A stretch of 53,368 bases of DNA, from contig NZ_JBJDWZ010000133.1 of the NCBI RefSeq assembly GCF_051866355.1, forward strand, positions 1 through 53,368, given 5' to 3'. Shown piece by piece: positions 7,637 to 17,642 of the stretch. A model generated the notes under the pieces. It was given only the letters and a program-made list of their open reading frames with translations, did not search any database and was not told where the DNA came from. The stretch comes from Anaerovibrio sp. Lineage in GTDB: Bacteria > Bacillota > Negativicutes > Selenomonadales > Selenomonadaceae. Position numbers and translations under genes: made by a program. Each line of letters starts with the position of its first letter. Position 1 is the stretch's first letter.

Positions 7637-8926
7637 ATGTCCAAGGAAATTAGTATAGGCCTTTTGGGTTCCGGCACTGTAGGTACCGGAGTTGTCAGGG
7701 TTCTGAAGGAAAATGCTGATGATATCAGCAAGAAGGTTGGCGGGCGGATTGCCATAAAGAAGGTGCTGGTCAGGGATCTGACCAAAAAGCGCGAGTATCT
7801 GGAGGGAATCCAGCTGACTGATAATGCGGATGATATCCTGAATGACCCGGAGATTGATATTGTGGTGGAGCTGCTTGGCGGCCAGCACCCTGCCCGTGAG
7901 TACATGCTGAAAGCTATGGAAAACGGCAAGCATGTGGTTACAGCCAACAAGGATGTGGTGGCACAGTTCGGTCACGACCTCTTTGATATGGCGGAGGCCA
8001 AGGGTGTTGATTTCAAGTTTGAGGCCAGCGTGGGGGGCGGTATCCCGATTATTACCCCTTTGAAGGAGTGCCTGACCGGCAACCGCATCAGCGAGATTAT
8101 GGGTATTGTCAACGGCACGACCAACTACATGCTGACGAAGATGGCAGAGGATGGCTCGGATTATGCCAGCATCCTGAAGGAAGCCCAGGCCATGGGTTAT
8201 GCCGAGGCCAATCCTGCCGCTGACGTGGAGGGCTGGGATGCGGCCCGCAAGGCGGTTATTCTGGCATCCATCGGCTTTAATACCCGCATCAATCTGGATC
8301 AGGTTTCCGTGGAAGGAATTACCCATATTGAACCGGCTGATATCAACTATGCCAACGAGCTGGGCTATGTCATCAAGCTCCTGGCTGTGGCGAAGGATTA
8401 TGGCGAGAAGGGCGTCAACGTCCGGGTTCATCCTGTATTCCTGCCTAGCAGTCATCCGCTGGCCTCTGTCAAGGATGTGTTCAATGCGATTTTCCTCCGT
8501 GGCAATGCCATCGGTGATGCCATGTTCTACGGCCGTGGGGCCGGTTCCCTGCCGACCGCTTCTGCCGTGGTGGCGGACATTATCGGTGAGGCAAGGAATA
8601 TTGTCAGCCACGTACATTCCGTGATTGGCTGTACCTGCTATAACAGCCGCGAGTTCTGTCCTATTGAGGAGACGGAATCCTCCTACTATGTGCGCCTGCA
8701 TGTGGATGATGAGCCGGGTGTGCTGGGGTCTATCGCTACGGCCTTTGGTGAGAGCGGTGTCAGCCTGAAGTCCGTTATCCAGACGCGCAAGGTGGGCGCC
8801 CATGCCGAGATTGTGGCTGTTACCCATGTGGTACAGCACAGGAATCTGCAGAAGGCGGCTGATGTGCTGAAAGAGCTGAAGGTTGTTGACAGCATCCGGA
8901 GCATTATCCGCGTGGAGGAGAACTGA
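7637..8926 (+). CDS. hom: Homoserine dehydrogenase with ACT domain
   Basis: GSGTVG, VVTANK, EASVGGGIP, GIVNGTTNY, GYAEANP..DVEG.DAARK. Confidence 0.97.
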   Translation: MSKEISIGLLGSGTVGTGVVRVLKENADDISKKVGGRIAIKKVLVRDLTKKREYLEGIQLTDNADDILNDPEIDIVVELLGGQHPAREYMLKAMENGKHVVTANKDVVAQFGHDLFDMAEAKGVDFKFEASVGGGIPIITPLKECLTGNRISEIMGIVNGTTNYMLTKMAEDGSDYASILKEAQAMGYAEANPAADVEGWDAARKAVILASIGFNTRINLDQVSVEGITHIEPADINYANELGYVIKLLAVAKDYGEKGVNVRVHPVFLPSSHPLASVKDVFNAIFLRGNAIGDAMFYGRGAGSLPTASAVVADIIGEARNIVSHVHSVIGCTCYNSREFCPIEETESSYYVRLHVDDEPGVLGSIATAFGESGVSLKSVIQTRKVGAHAEIVAVTHVVQHRNLQKAADVLKELKVVDSIRSIIRVEEN

Positions 8927-8942
8927 GCTAGGAGGCTTTCCG

Positions 8943-9857
8943 ATGGAATTAAAAAGTGTAAAGGTCAGGGTTCCCGGAACCTCAGCCAACTGCGGCCCCG
9001 GTTTTGACTGTCTGGGCGTGGCGTGTACCATTTATAACGAGCTGGAGCTGACCCTTCTGCGTGAGGAACGGCTTGACATAGAGATTACAGGTGATGGCGC
9101 CGGCAATATTCCTGTTGATGACAGGAACATCGTGTGGCGGTCCATTCAGAAGCTGCTGGCAAGGGCCGGCAAGGAGCAGGAGTATAAGGGAGCCATTATC
9201 AGGATGAATAATGGCGTGCCGCTGTCAAGGGGGCTTGGCAGCAGTGCTACGGCTATTGTGGGCGGATTGAAGGCGGCCAACGAGTGCCTGGGCAATCCCT
9301 TTACCAACCGTGACCTTTTGCAGATGGCGACGGAGATAGAGGGGCATCCTGACAATGTGGCGCCGGCCATCTTTGGCGGCTTTACCATCAGCATTGTCAG
9401 GAATGGCAAGCCGGAGTGCTTTTCGCTGCTGCCAAAGCTGCCGTTGAAGCTGGTGGTGACGGTGCCGGATTTCTTCCTGCCTACCAAGGCGGCAAGGGCG
9501 GTTCTGCCTGCCGAGGTGCCTATGAAGGATGCTGTGTTCAACATCGGCCGGGCGGCCATGCTGACGGCGGCGCTCTGCAAGGGCAACAAGAGCTTCCTGC
9601 GCAGTGTGTTTGATGATGCCCTGCATCAGCCATATCGTGCCAAGCTGATTCCCGGCATGTATGATGTGTTCAAGGCCGCCAGGGCGGCAGGTGCGCTGGG
9701 TGCCAGCATGAGCGGCGCCGGCCCGTGCCTGATTGCCTTCACGGTGGAGAATGCCGAGGCCGTGGGCATGGCGATGCGTGATGCTTTTGCCAGAAACAAT
9801 GTGAAGTCCGAGTACCATGTCTTTGACATTGACGGTACCGGGGCAACAGTTATTTAA
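8943..9857 (+). CDS. thrB: Homoserine kinase
   Basis: VPGTSANCGPGFD, PLSRGLGSSA (GHMP), EGHPDNVAP, SGAGP; AGGAGG RBS before ATG 8943. Confidence 0.97.
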   Translation: MELKSVKVRVPGTSANCGPGFDCLGVACTIYNELELTLLREERLDIEITGDGAGNIPVDDRNIVWRSIQKLLARAGKEQEYKGAIIRMNNGVPLSRGLGSSATAIVGGLKAANECLGNPFTNRDLLQMATEIEGHPDNVAPAIFGGFTISIVRNGKPECFSLLPKLPLKLVVTVPDFFLPTKAARAVLPAEVPMKDAVFNIGRAAMLTAALCKGNKSFLRSVFDDALHQPYRAKLIPGMYDVFKAARAAGALGASMSGAGPCLIAFTVENAEAVGMAMRDAFARNNVKSEYHVFDIDGTGATVI

Positions 9858-9871
9858 AATTTGTATTGTTT

Positions 9872-9915
9872 GGCTGATTTTATTATATGCTGTATAATAA
9901 AGTCAGCCTGTTTTT
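9872..9915 (+). terminator. Intrinsic terminator after thrB
   Basis: GGCTGATTTTATTATA...TATAATAAAGTCAGCC followed by TGTTTTT. Confidence 0.8.
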
Positions 9916-10035
9916 GTGCGTTATTAAAGCGTTGTGTGGTACTGTGCAAGCTGTAAAGCCCGTTCAGCCTGTGCAGATTATTGATATTATGCGGTGATTG
10001 CGGGGATGCTGCAGGTATTGTCAGGAGATGTGGTT

Positions 10036-11295
10036 ATGCTGGAAGCGGAATTTGTGGCAAGGGTGAAAGAAGCCGGCGGAAATGCCTTTGTGGTTGGCGG
10101 CTGGGTGAGGGATTTTCTGCGGGGAGAAAAGCCGGAGGACAAGGACTATGTGGTGACGGGCCTTGATGTGGAGCGGTTCCGGAGGATATTTCCGGAGGGC
10201 ATTCTCATTGGCAGGTCCTTTCCTGTTTTTTTGCTGCCTATTGACGCCGCTGACGGCAGGGGAAGCAGGCAATGCGAGGTGGCGATGGCCCGCAGGGAAA
10301 GCAAGTCAGGCAGTGGCTATCGGGGATTTTCGGCAGAGGCGGACAGGTTTATCACCATTGAAGAGGATTTGTATCGGCGGGATCTGACGGTGAACAGCAT
10401 TGCCATGGACTTGCACAGCGGCAGAATTGTGGATTTATACGGAGGGCGGGCTGATATTGAGGCCGGTGTGCTGCGGCCTGTTTCGGAGCGCTTCGGTGAG
10501 GATCCGGTGCGGGCTCTCCGGGCGGCGCGGTTTGCGGCAAAGCTGGGCTATAGGCCTGCGCCGGAGCTGATATCGGCCATGGACAAGTGCCGCAGGGAGC
10601 TCAGGGAAGAGCCGGGGGAGCGGATTCTGGGCGAGCTGAAGAAGGCGCTGGCAACGGACAGGCCATCCTTGTTTTTCCGCCTGCTGCACAGTGCAGGCCT
10701 GCTGGAGGATACCTTCCCGGAAATCCATGCCCTCATAGGCAAGACACAGCCGGAGGCCTATCATCCGGAGGGGGATGCCTTTGAGCATGTCATGCTGATT
10801 GTGGACCAGGTGGCCGGGCAGACGAAGAATGTTACGGCACGCTTTGCGGCTCTCTGCCACGACCTGGGCAAGGGGGCAACGCCTGTGGAAATGCTGCCCC
10901 ATCACTACGGCCATGAGGCAAAGGGACTGGAAGTGCTGGCCGGCTGGAATCGCCGCGTAACCCTGCCGTCGGTGTGGCTGAAGGCGGCGAGGTTCATCAT
11001 CAGCCAGCACATGCGGGCGCCCCGCCTTTCCAAGCCGCCGAAAATCTGCGAGCTGCTCCTGATGATGAAGGCGGTGGAGGCGGAGCTGCCCGTCGGTGAC
11101 ACAAAAATCATTATCGGCGCGGACAACAGGGGTCTGCCGCCTTATCTTGAGCATGCGGAGGAAATCATCGCCGCCATGGGCAGGATATCTGGCTCCGATG
11201 CGCCCCGGAACCTGACCGGCAGAAAAATCGGCGACTGGGTGAAAAGACAGCAGCTGGAAGCGTGCAGGCAAATACTGGAAAATATAATGCCATAA
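10036..11295 (+). CDS. cca: tRNA nucleotidyltransferase (class II CCA-adding) with HD domain
   Basis: VGGWVRD...DKDYVV, RRDLTVN, EDPVRALRAARF, HPEGD..EH, CHDLGKG; AGGAG RBS. Confidence 0.85.
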   Translation: MLEAEFVARVKEAGGNAFVVGGWVRDFLRGEKPEDKDYVVTGLDVERFRRIFPEGILIGRSFPVFLLPIDAADGRGSRQCEVAMARRESKSGSGYRGFSAEADRFITIEEDLYRRDLTVNSIAMDLHSGRIVDLYGGRADIEAGVLRPVSERFGEDPVRALRAARFAAKLGYRPAPELISAMDKCRRELREEPGERILGELKKALATDRPSLFFRLLHSAGLLEDTFPEIHALIGKTQPEAYHPEGDAFEHVMLIVDQVAGQTKNVTARFAALCHDLGKGATPVEMLPHHYGHEAKGLEVLAGWNRRVTLPSVWLKAARFIISQHMRAPRLSKPPKICELLLMMKAVEAELPVGDTKIIIGADNRGLPPYLEHAEEIIAAMGRISGSDAPRNLTGRKIGDWVKRQQLEACRQILENIMP

Positions 11296-11452
11296 ACAAA
11301 ACTAATTAAACTATAGCAAATTAGAGGGTTTTCTGTTATAATAATACAAAAGAAATGTAAGTGGGCTGGCAGGATGATTTGTCCTTTGCTGTCACCGCAG
11401 TGTTAAGCATATTCATCACGTCAGCCGCAGGTGTTCCAGGAAGGTGATTTTT

Positions 11453-11974
11453 ATGGCAATTTATCCGTACAAGGATATCAATCCTGATTTAGCTGATGAT
11501 GTTTTTATTGCGCCTAGTGCTTCTGTAGTGGGTGATGTGAAGATGGGCTCGGGCACCAATGTGTGGTTCGGGGCTGTGGTTCGCGGCGATGTGAACAAGG
11601 TTATTATCGGTGAGCATACCAATATACAGGATAACGCCACGATTCATACCATGAGTGACGCACCTACGGAGATTGGCGATCATGTGACTATCGGTCACAA
11701 TGCGGTGGTGCATTGCAGCAAGGTGGGAAGCAACTGCCTGATAGGCATGGGCAGCGTGCTGATTGGTTACTCCGAGATAGGCGACAACTGCGTTATAGGA
11801 GCCAATTCCTTTATCCCACAGCACAAGAAGATTCCGGCCGGCTCGCTGGTATACGGCAACCCTGCCAAGCTGGTGCGCGCCCTGCGGGATGATGAGCTGG
11901 AGGCCCTGAAGGCATCCACTGAGAATTACTACAAGCTGGGACAGGTTTATGCGGAAATCATGGGGAACAAGTAA
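11453..11974 (+). CDS. Gamma-class carbonic anhydrase family (YrdA/PaaY-like)
   Basis: Hexapeptide repeats; VRGD, NIQDN..IH, IGHNAVVH metal-ligand His residues. Confidence 0.92.
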   Translation: MAIYPYKDINPDLADDVFIAPSASVVGDVKMGSGTNVWFGAVVRGDVNKVIIGEHTNIQDNATIHTMSDAPTEIGDHVTIGHNAVVHCSKVGSNCLIGMGSVLIGYSEIGDNCVIGANSFIPQHKKIPAGSLVYGNPAKLVRALRDDELEALKASTENYYKLGQVYAEIMGNK

Positions 11975-12013
11975 TTTTCGGCAGAAATTTGTTAGATGAA
12001 TTTTTTCTGAAAA

Positions 12014-12040
12014 GCAGGATTTTTGCCTGAGGTGTAGAAT
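12014..12040 (+). promoter_or_regulatory. sigma-H-type promoter upstream of ndk
   Basis: GCAGGA-17 nt-GAAT (AGGA 12016-19, GAAT 12037-40). Confidence 0.65.
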
Positions 12041-12080
12041 TATACCAGTAGAGACAAGTAACAAGAGAGGTATTGAGAAA

Positions 12081-12497
12081 ATGGAAAAAACTTTGGTGCT
12101 TATAAAGCCGGATGCCGTGAGGGGTAAACACATCGGCGACATCGTTAAAATCTACGAGGAAAAGGGCTTGAAGATTTTGGCAATGAAGATGCTGCAGATG
12201 GATGAAAAGCTGGCTTCCAGGCATTATGAGGAGCATATCGGACGTCCTTATTATGATGATTTGATGGGCTTTATGACTTCCGGCCCGATTGTCGCCATGG
12301 TACTGGAGGGCGAGGGTGCTATTGCCAATGTGCGCGCCATCAACGGCAAGACAAATCCTGCCGAGGCGGAGGAAGGGACGATCCGCAGGCTGTACGCCGC
12401 CAGCGGCAGCCGCAACGCGGTGCATGCCTCTGATTCGCCGGAGAATGCCGCACGGGAGATTTCTATTTTCTTTAATGCCGCCGAGATTTATGATTAA
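12081..12497 (+). CDS. ndk: Nucleoside diphosphate kinase
   Basis: TLVLIKPDAV, GTIR, NAVHASDS catalytic His. Confidence 0.97.
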   Translation: MEKTLVLIKPDAVRGKHIGDIVKIYEEKGLKILAMKMLQMDEKLASRHYEEHIGRPYYDDLMGFMTSGPIVAMVLEGEGAIANVRAINGKTNPAEAEEGTIRRLYAASGSRNAVHASDSPENAAREISIFFNAAEIYD

Positions 12498-12509
12498 ATT
12501 TGAGGGGGA

Positions 12510-13016
12510 ATGAAGATGAGCCTGTACACTGCTAGAGGCGACAGCGGTATGACCGACCTGAGTACCGGTCAGAGAATTGCTAAAAATTCGTGGAGGGTCA
12601 AGGCCTATGGTGCATTGGACGAGTTTGGTTCTGCCCTGGGCATGGCAAGGGCCTTTTGTGAAAACGAAAAGGTAAAGGATCTGTGCCTGCGCCTGCAGAA
12701 GCTGAACGGGCTTCTGATGACCGACCTGGCCAGCCTGAATGACTACGAGCCGTTGATTACCCATGACCATGTTGTGTACCTTGAGGATATGATGGACAAG
12801 ATGGAGGAGCAGATGGAGCCTCTCCACGGTTTCCTCATCCCTGGCGAAACTAAGGGCGGTGCCTGCCTTGACCTGGCAAGAACAGTGGCAAGGCGTGCCG
12901 AGCGTGTTATGTGGGATTTGGCAAAAAATGAAATTGTGCCGGATCAGGACAGGATCCTGCTGAACCGTATTTCCGACTTCTGCTTTATGCTGATGCGCCT
13001 GGAGGAAGACAGATAG
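12510..13016 (+). CDS. PduO-type cob(I)alamin adenosyltransferase
   Basis: YTARGDSGMTDL, YGALDE, ARTVARRAER, LNRISD. Confidence 0.9.
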   Translation: MKMSLYTARGDSGMTDLSTGQRIAKNSWRVKAYGALDEFGSALGMARAFCENEKVKDLCLRLQKLNGLLMTDLASLNDYEPLITHDHVVYLEDMMDKMEEQMEPLHGFLIPGETKGGACLDLARTVARRAERVMWDLAKNEIVPDQDRILLNRISDFCFMLMRLEEDR

Positions 13017-13070
13017 CTTCCGGACGGGGTGCCAGCCGGGCATGATTATTACAGGTGAATAGCTGCAAAG

Positions 13071-13112
13071 AAGCGTGTGTTGAAAAATTTTTCTTCAATA
13101 TGCGCTTTTTTT
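13071..13112 (+). terminator. Intrinsic terminator after ndk-pduO
   Basis: AAGCGTGTGTTGAA...TTCAATATGCGCTT followed by a T run. Confidence 0.8.
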
Positions 13113-13121
13113 GTGTGACAG

Positions 13122-13150
13122 GCAGGATTTTTGCAATATATAACGAATAT
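13122..13150 (+). promoter_or_regulatory. sigma-H-type promoter upstream of recJ
   Basis: GCAGGATTTTT...CGAAT; AGGA 13124-27, GAAT 13145-48, 17-nt spacer. Confidence 0.65.
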
Positions 13151-13238
13151 ATTTTCTTAGAAAGAATTTAACTGTATGCGGTAGCGCCCGTATGTGGCGC
13201 GGGCATCAGGCATGCTGATTTTTAGGAAGAAGATTTAT

Positions 13239-15218
13239 ATGCGAAAAATTTGGAACATCAGACAAAAGGACAAGAAGAAAGCGGCCGTGCTGGCGGCCGA
13301 GCTGGGAGTATCGCCGCTTCTGGCGGGAATCCTGCTGAACAGGGGAATTGATGATGCGGCGGCGGCCAGGGAATTTTTGCATCCGGAGGACAGGGAGTAT
13401 TACGACCCCTACCTGCTGCCGGACATGGACAAGGCTGTAAAGCGCATCAGGGCGGCCATCGAGGCCAGGGAGCAGATTGTGGTGTACGGGGATTATGACG
13501 CCGACGGCATTACGGCTACCACCGTGCTGCTGAGGACGCTGCAGCAGCTGGGGGGCTGGGCGGATTATTACATTCCTGACCGCTTTACGGAAGGGTATGG
13601 CGTCAATCTGGATGCGTTGAAGCGCATGCACAGCCAGGGAACCAGCCTGGTGATTACCGTTGACTGCGGCATCAAGTCCGTGGAGGAGCTGCGCAGTATG
13701 CAGGACTGCATGGATTTTGTGGTGACTGACCATCACCTGCCGGGGGATGAGCTGCCGCCGGCGGTGGCGGTGATAGATGCCCATCGGCAGGATTCAGAGT
13801 ATCCCTGCGCGGAGCTGGCCGGGGTGGGCATTGCCTTCAAGCTGTGCCAGGCCCTGTGGCAGAGCATGAAAAAGGCACCGGCGGAAAATCCGGGGCTGGA
13901 GATTGTGGCACTGGGCACGGTGGCAGACGCAGTGCCGCTGGTGGACGAGAACAGAAAGATTGTTTCCGAGGGCTTGAAGCGCATGAAGGATTCGTCCTTT
14001 GTGGGGATACGTGCCCTGATTGAAGCGACGGGGCTGGGCAACCGCGAGATTGACAGCATGAGCATCGGCTTTGTGCTGGCGCCGCGCATCAATGTGGCAG
14101 GCAGGCTGAAAAGCGCCCGCCTCAGCGTGGAGCTGCTGCTGTCCGAGAATGAGGACATGGCCAGGGAAATGGCACAGCAGCTGAATGAGCTGAACAATAC
14201 CCGCAAGGAGCTGAAAGAAGAAATTCAGGCCATGGCGGAGGCGCAGCTGCAGTCCATGGACATCGGCAATGCGAGGGTTATCGTGGTGGCGGGCAGGGAG
14301 TGGCACCACGGCGTTCTGGGGCTGGTGGCCTCATCCCTGCAGGAGAAATACTACCTGCCGACGGTGGTCATCAGTGTCAAGGACGGTGTGGGCAAGGGCT
14401 CCTGCCGCAGTATTCCCGGCTTTAATCTCTTCAAGGCGCTTACTGCCTGCCAGCCGGCCCTGGTGCAGTTTGGCGGACATGAAATGGCGGCCGGCCTGAC
14501 GGTCAGGGAGGAAAATATCGATATGCTCCGGGATATGCTGGAGGCGGAAGCAAGGCGCCAGATGACAGCGGCCCAGTATATTCCCCGCTATGATATTGAT
14601 ATGGAGATTTCACCGGCAGAAATGACTATGGAAATGGTGGAGGAGCTGGCCCTTTTGGAGCCCTGCGGCATGAAAAATGAATCGCCCCTGTTTGCCTGCC
14701 GGGGCCTTAGCTGCATCAACCCGGAGCTGAAAGGGGCAGATGCCAGGCATTTGAAATTTACCATTTCTGACAGGGGCAGGTTCGTGGATGCCATAGGCTT
14801 CAACATGCCGGAGGAGCTGGAGCGTGTGGCCAGGGGCGGCTTTGATATGGTTTATTCCGCCGGCATCAACGAATGGCGTGATGTGAGAAATCTGCAGTGC
14901 ATGGTGCGCTCACTGGATGAGCCGGTGCCGCGGCAGCAGGAAACAAGTGTGGACAGGGAGTTCATGAAAAAGATTTATATTTTCCTTCGCGGCAGGCTGG
15001 ATGGCGGACACAGGCTGTCAGCCGACCTCAGCTGGCTGGCCATGCAGGCCAGGCTGGAAGGCTGCAGTGCGGAAGAACAGAATGTGGCTGACGCGGTGGA
15101 GGTGCTTTTGGAGCTGGGGCTTCTGACAGGGACGCCGGATGGCTATCTGGAGCTGAACCGCGCGGCACAGAAAATGGATTTGCATGATTCCCCTACTTTT
15201 AGAAGGTTAAATAGCTGA
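13239..15218 (+). CDS. recJ: ssDNA-specific exonuclease RecJ
   Basis: YGDYDADG, ITVDCG, TDHH, GTVAD, PRIN.AGR, GSCRS, FGGH.MAAG; Firmicute C-terminal domain. Confidence 0.97.
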   Translation: MRKIWNIRQKDKKKAAVLAAELGVSPLLAGILLNRGIDDAAAAREFLHPEDREYYDPYLLPDMDKAVKRIRAAIEAREQIVVYGDYDADGITATTVLLRTLQQLGGWADYYIPDRFTEGYGVNLDALKRMHSQGTSLVITVDCGIKSVEELRSMQDCMDFVVTDHHLPGDELPPAVAVIDAHRQDSEYPCAELAGVGIAFKLCQALWQSMKKAPAENPGLEIVALGTVADAVPLVDENRKIVSEGLKRMKDSSFVGIRALIEATGLGNREIDSMSIGFVLAPRINVAGRLKSARLSVELLLSENEDMAREMAQQLNELNNTRKELKEEIQAMAEAQLQSMDIGNARVIVVAGREWHHGVLGLVASSLQEKYYLPTVVISVKDGVGKGSCRSIPGFNLFKALTACQPALVQFGGHEMAAGLTVREENIDMLRDMLEAEARRQMTAAQYIPRYDIDMEISPAEMTMEMVEELALLEPCGMKNESPLFACRGLSCINPELKGADARHLKFTISDRGRFVDAIGFNMPEELERVARGGFDMVYSAGINEWRDVRNLQCMVRSLDEPVPRQQETSVDREFMKKIYIFLRGRLDGGHRLSADLSWLAMQARLEGCSAEEQNVADAVEVLLELGLLTGTPDGYLELNRAAQKMDLHDSPTFRRLNS

Positions 15219-15272
15219 AAATGTGCTATAATGTTTTCTGAAAGCAGTAGAAAATAGTTGGTGGTGGTTTTT

Positions 15273-17570
15273 ATGTTGGAGAAAAAGGGACAGAACGATG
15301 TCAATATTTACATACCGGAGGTGGCAAGCGCAACGGCCGAGGTATCCATTGATGAGGTGATCAATGCGGTGCTGAAATATCAGCCCCACGCCGATGTGGA
15401 GCTGGTGCGCAAGGCCTACGAGCTTGCCAATGCGGCCCATGGCGGGCAGAAGCGCGCCTCCGGTGAGGATTATATTATTCATCCTTTGTGCGTGGCAAAA
15501 ATTCTTACAGAGCTGCAGATTGACAGCACCACCATCACAGCGGCAATTCTTCATGATGTGGTTGAGGATACCACCTATTCACAGGCACAGATGGAGGATA
15601 TTTTCGGCTCCGAGGTGGCAATGCTGATTGACGGCGTTACCAAGCTGGGCAAAATCAAGTATCAGTCCCGTGAGGAACAGCAGTCGGAGAACTACCGCAA
15701 GCTGTTCCTGGCTATGGCGAAGGACATCAGGGTAATCATGATTAAGCTGGCTGACCGCCTGCACAATATGCGCACCCTGAAATTCGTCAAGGAGGAAAAG
15801 CAGAAGCGCATTGCCAAGGAAACCATTGAGGTGTATGCGCCTCTCGCCAACCGCCTGGGTATTTCCAACATCAAGTGGGAGCTGGAGGATTTGTGCCTCA
15901 GATATCTGGAGCCGGAGTTTTACTATGACCTGGTGGAAAAGGTCAAGCAGAAGCGGCAGGAGCGCCAGCGGTTTATCGAGGACGCCATCCTGCAGATACA
16001 CACCAAGCTCATCAGGAGCCGTATCAAGGCGGAAATCAGCGGCAGGGCGAAGCATTTTTACAGCATTTACCGCAAGATGAAGCGTGATAACAAGGACATC
16101 AGCGAGATTTATGACCTGTCGGCAGTGCGGGTGCTGGTGCACAATGTAAAGGACTGCTATGCGGTGCTGGGGGTTATCCATGCCATGTGGAAGCCTATTC
16201 CGGGGCGGTTCAAGGATTATATCGCCATGCCGAAGTCCAACGGCTATCAGTCCCTGCACACCACGGTCATGACCAGAGGCTACCCGCTGGAAATCCAGAT
16301 TCGCACCTTTGCCATGCACAAGGTGTCGGAATACGGCGTGGCGGCACATTGGAAGTACAAGGAAGCAGGGCGCAGCGTAGGTGCCGGCAACGATTATGAG
16401 AAAAAGATTTCCTGGCTCCGCCAGATGATGAACCTGCAGCACGAGGTGAATGACCCGACCGAATATCTGGAAGCCTTGAAGATGGATATTTTTTCCGATG
16501 AGGTATTCGTATTTACCCCTAATGGCGATGTGATTGATTTGCCGAAGGGCTCCGTGCCGATTGATTTTGCCTACCGTATCCATACGGAGGTGGGACATCA
16601 CTGCGTGGGCGCCAAGGTCAACGGCAAGATCGTGCCGCTGGAATACAAGCTGAAAAACGGCGATCAGGTGGCCATCATCACCAACAAGGCGAATAACGGC
16701 CCTAGCCGTGACTGGCTGAATATTGTGGCTTCCTCTGATACCAGGGCAAAAATCCGCTCCTGGTTCAAGAAGGTGAAGCGGGAGGAAAATGTCATCCGGG
16801 GCAGGGAGCTTCTTGAGAAGGAAGCGAAAAGGCTGGGCTATGAGCCGAAGGATTTGCTGCGGGATGAATGGCTGAACTCCGTCTGCCTGAGATTCAACAT
16901 CAATAATGACGAGGATATGCTGGCGGCGGTAGGCTATGGCGGCGTGGCAGTCAACGGCGTCATTGCCAAGCTGATTGAGCATCACAAGAAGGCCATCAAG
17001 GCGGCAACGCCGCCGGATGTCAGCGAGATGCTGGAAACCATCAAGCAGCAGCACAACAATTCCCGCAAGAACAAGGCCAGCCACGGTATTCTGGTGGAGG
17101 GCGAGTCCGGTATGCTGGTGCGTCTGGCCAGGTGCTGCAACCCGATTCCGGGGGACCCGATTGTGGGCTATATCACCAAGGGACGCGGGGTTTCCGTCCA
17201 CCGGGCGGACTGCCCGAATGTGCTGTCCGACGACGGGGACACCACCCGGGTGATTGACGTCAACTGGGATATCGGACTGGACAAGGATTATACGGTGGAG
17301 ATTGAGATTATCTGCAACGATGCTTCCGGTGTGCTGACCAGCGTCCTGTCGGTGCCTGCGGAAATGAAGATAAATGTGTCCGCCGTGAATGCCAAGGCCA
17401 ACAAGGGCAACAAGACTTCGACGATCATCATGAGCCTTGAGGTGCACAATGCGGCGCAGGTGTCACTGGTCATGGGCAAAATCCGCAGGCTGAAGGATGT
17501 GTTCAGCGTAAGCCGCGCCATGGCAAGCACTGTGGATAATAATAATACGAAGCATGGCAGGCAGGTGTGA
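15273..17570 (+). CDS. relA: Bifunctional (p)ppGpp synthetase/hydrolase Rel
   Basis: Intact hydrolase LHDVVEDT, RFKD synthetase motif, TGS, CC and ACT domains; extended -10 TGCTATAAT at 15224-15232. Confidence 0.97.
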   Translation: MLEKKGQNDVNIYIPEVASATAEVSIDEVINAVLKYQPHADVELVRKAYELANAAHGGQKRASGEDYIIHPLCVAKILTELQIDSTTITAAILHDVVEDTTYSQAQMEDIFGSEVAMLIDGVTKLGKIKYQSREEQQSENYRKLFLAMAKDIRVIMIKLADRLHNMRTLKFVKEEKQKRIAKETIEVYAPLANRLGISNIKWELEDLCLRYLEPEFYYDLVEKVKQKRQERQRFIEDAILQIHTKLIRSRIKAEISGRAKHFYSIYRKMKRDNKDISEIYDLSAVRVLVHNVKDCYAVLGVIHAMWKPIPGRFKDYIAMPKSNGYQSLHTTVMTRGYPLEIQIRTFAMHKVSEYGVAAHWKYKEAGRSVGAGNDYEKKISWLRQMMNLQHEVNDPTEYLEALKMDIFSDEVFVFTPNGDVIDLPKGSVPIDFAYRIHTEVGHHCVGAKVNGKIVPLEYKLKNGDQVAIITNKANNGPSRDWLNIVASSDTRAKIRSWFKKVKREENVIRGRELLEKEAKRLGYEPKDLLRDEWLNSVCLRFNINNDEDMLAAVGYGGVAVNGVIAKLIEHHKKAIKAATPPDVSEMLETIKQQHNNSRKNKASHGILVEGESGMLVRLARCCNPIPGDPIVGYITKGRGVSVHRADCPNVLSDDGDTTRVIDVNWDIGLDKDYTVEIEIICNDASGVLTSVLSVPAEMKINVSAVNAKANKGNKTSTIIMSLEVHNAAQVSLVMGKIRRLKDVFSVSRAMASTVDNNNTKHGRQV

Positions 17571-17642
17571 GGGCGGCAAAGCGGCCGGAAATGATTGACA
17601 TGGCTGTATAGGCCGTGCGGGATAAAACATGTGAGGTGTGAA

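Noticed and set aside
15579-17447. Long antisense ORFs (e.g. 622 aa opposite rel, 611 aa opposite aspS, 558 aa opposite the RND permease, 520 aa opposite hom)
   Set aside because: Shadow frames of GC3-biased genes: no RBS, no recognisable motifs, and they overlap well-supported + strand genes almost entirely.
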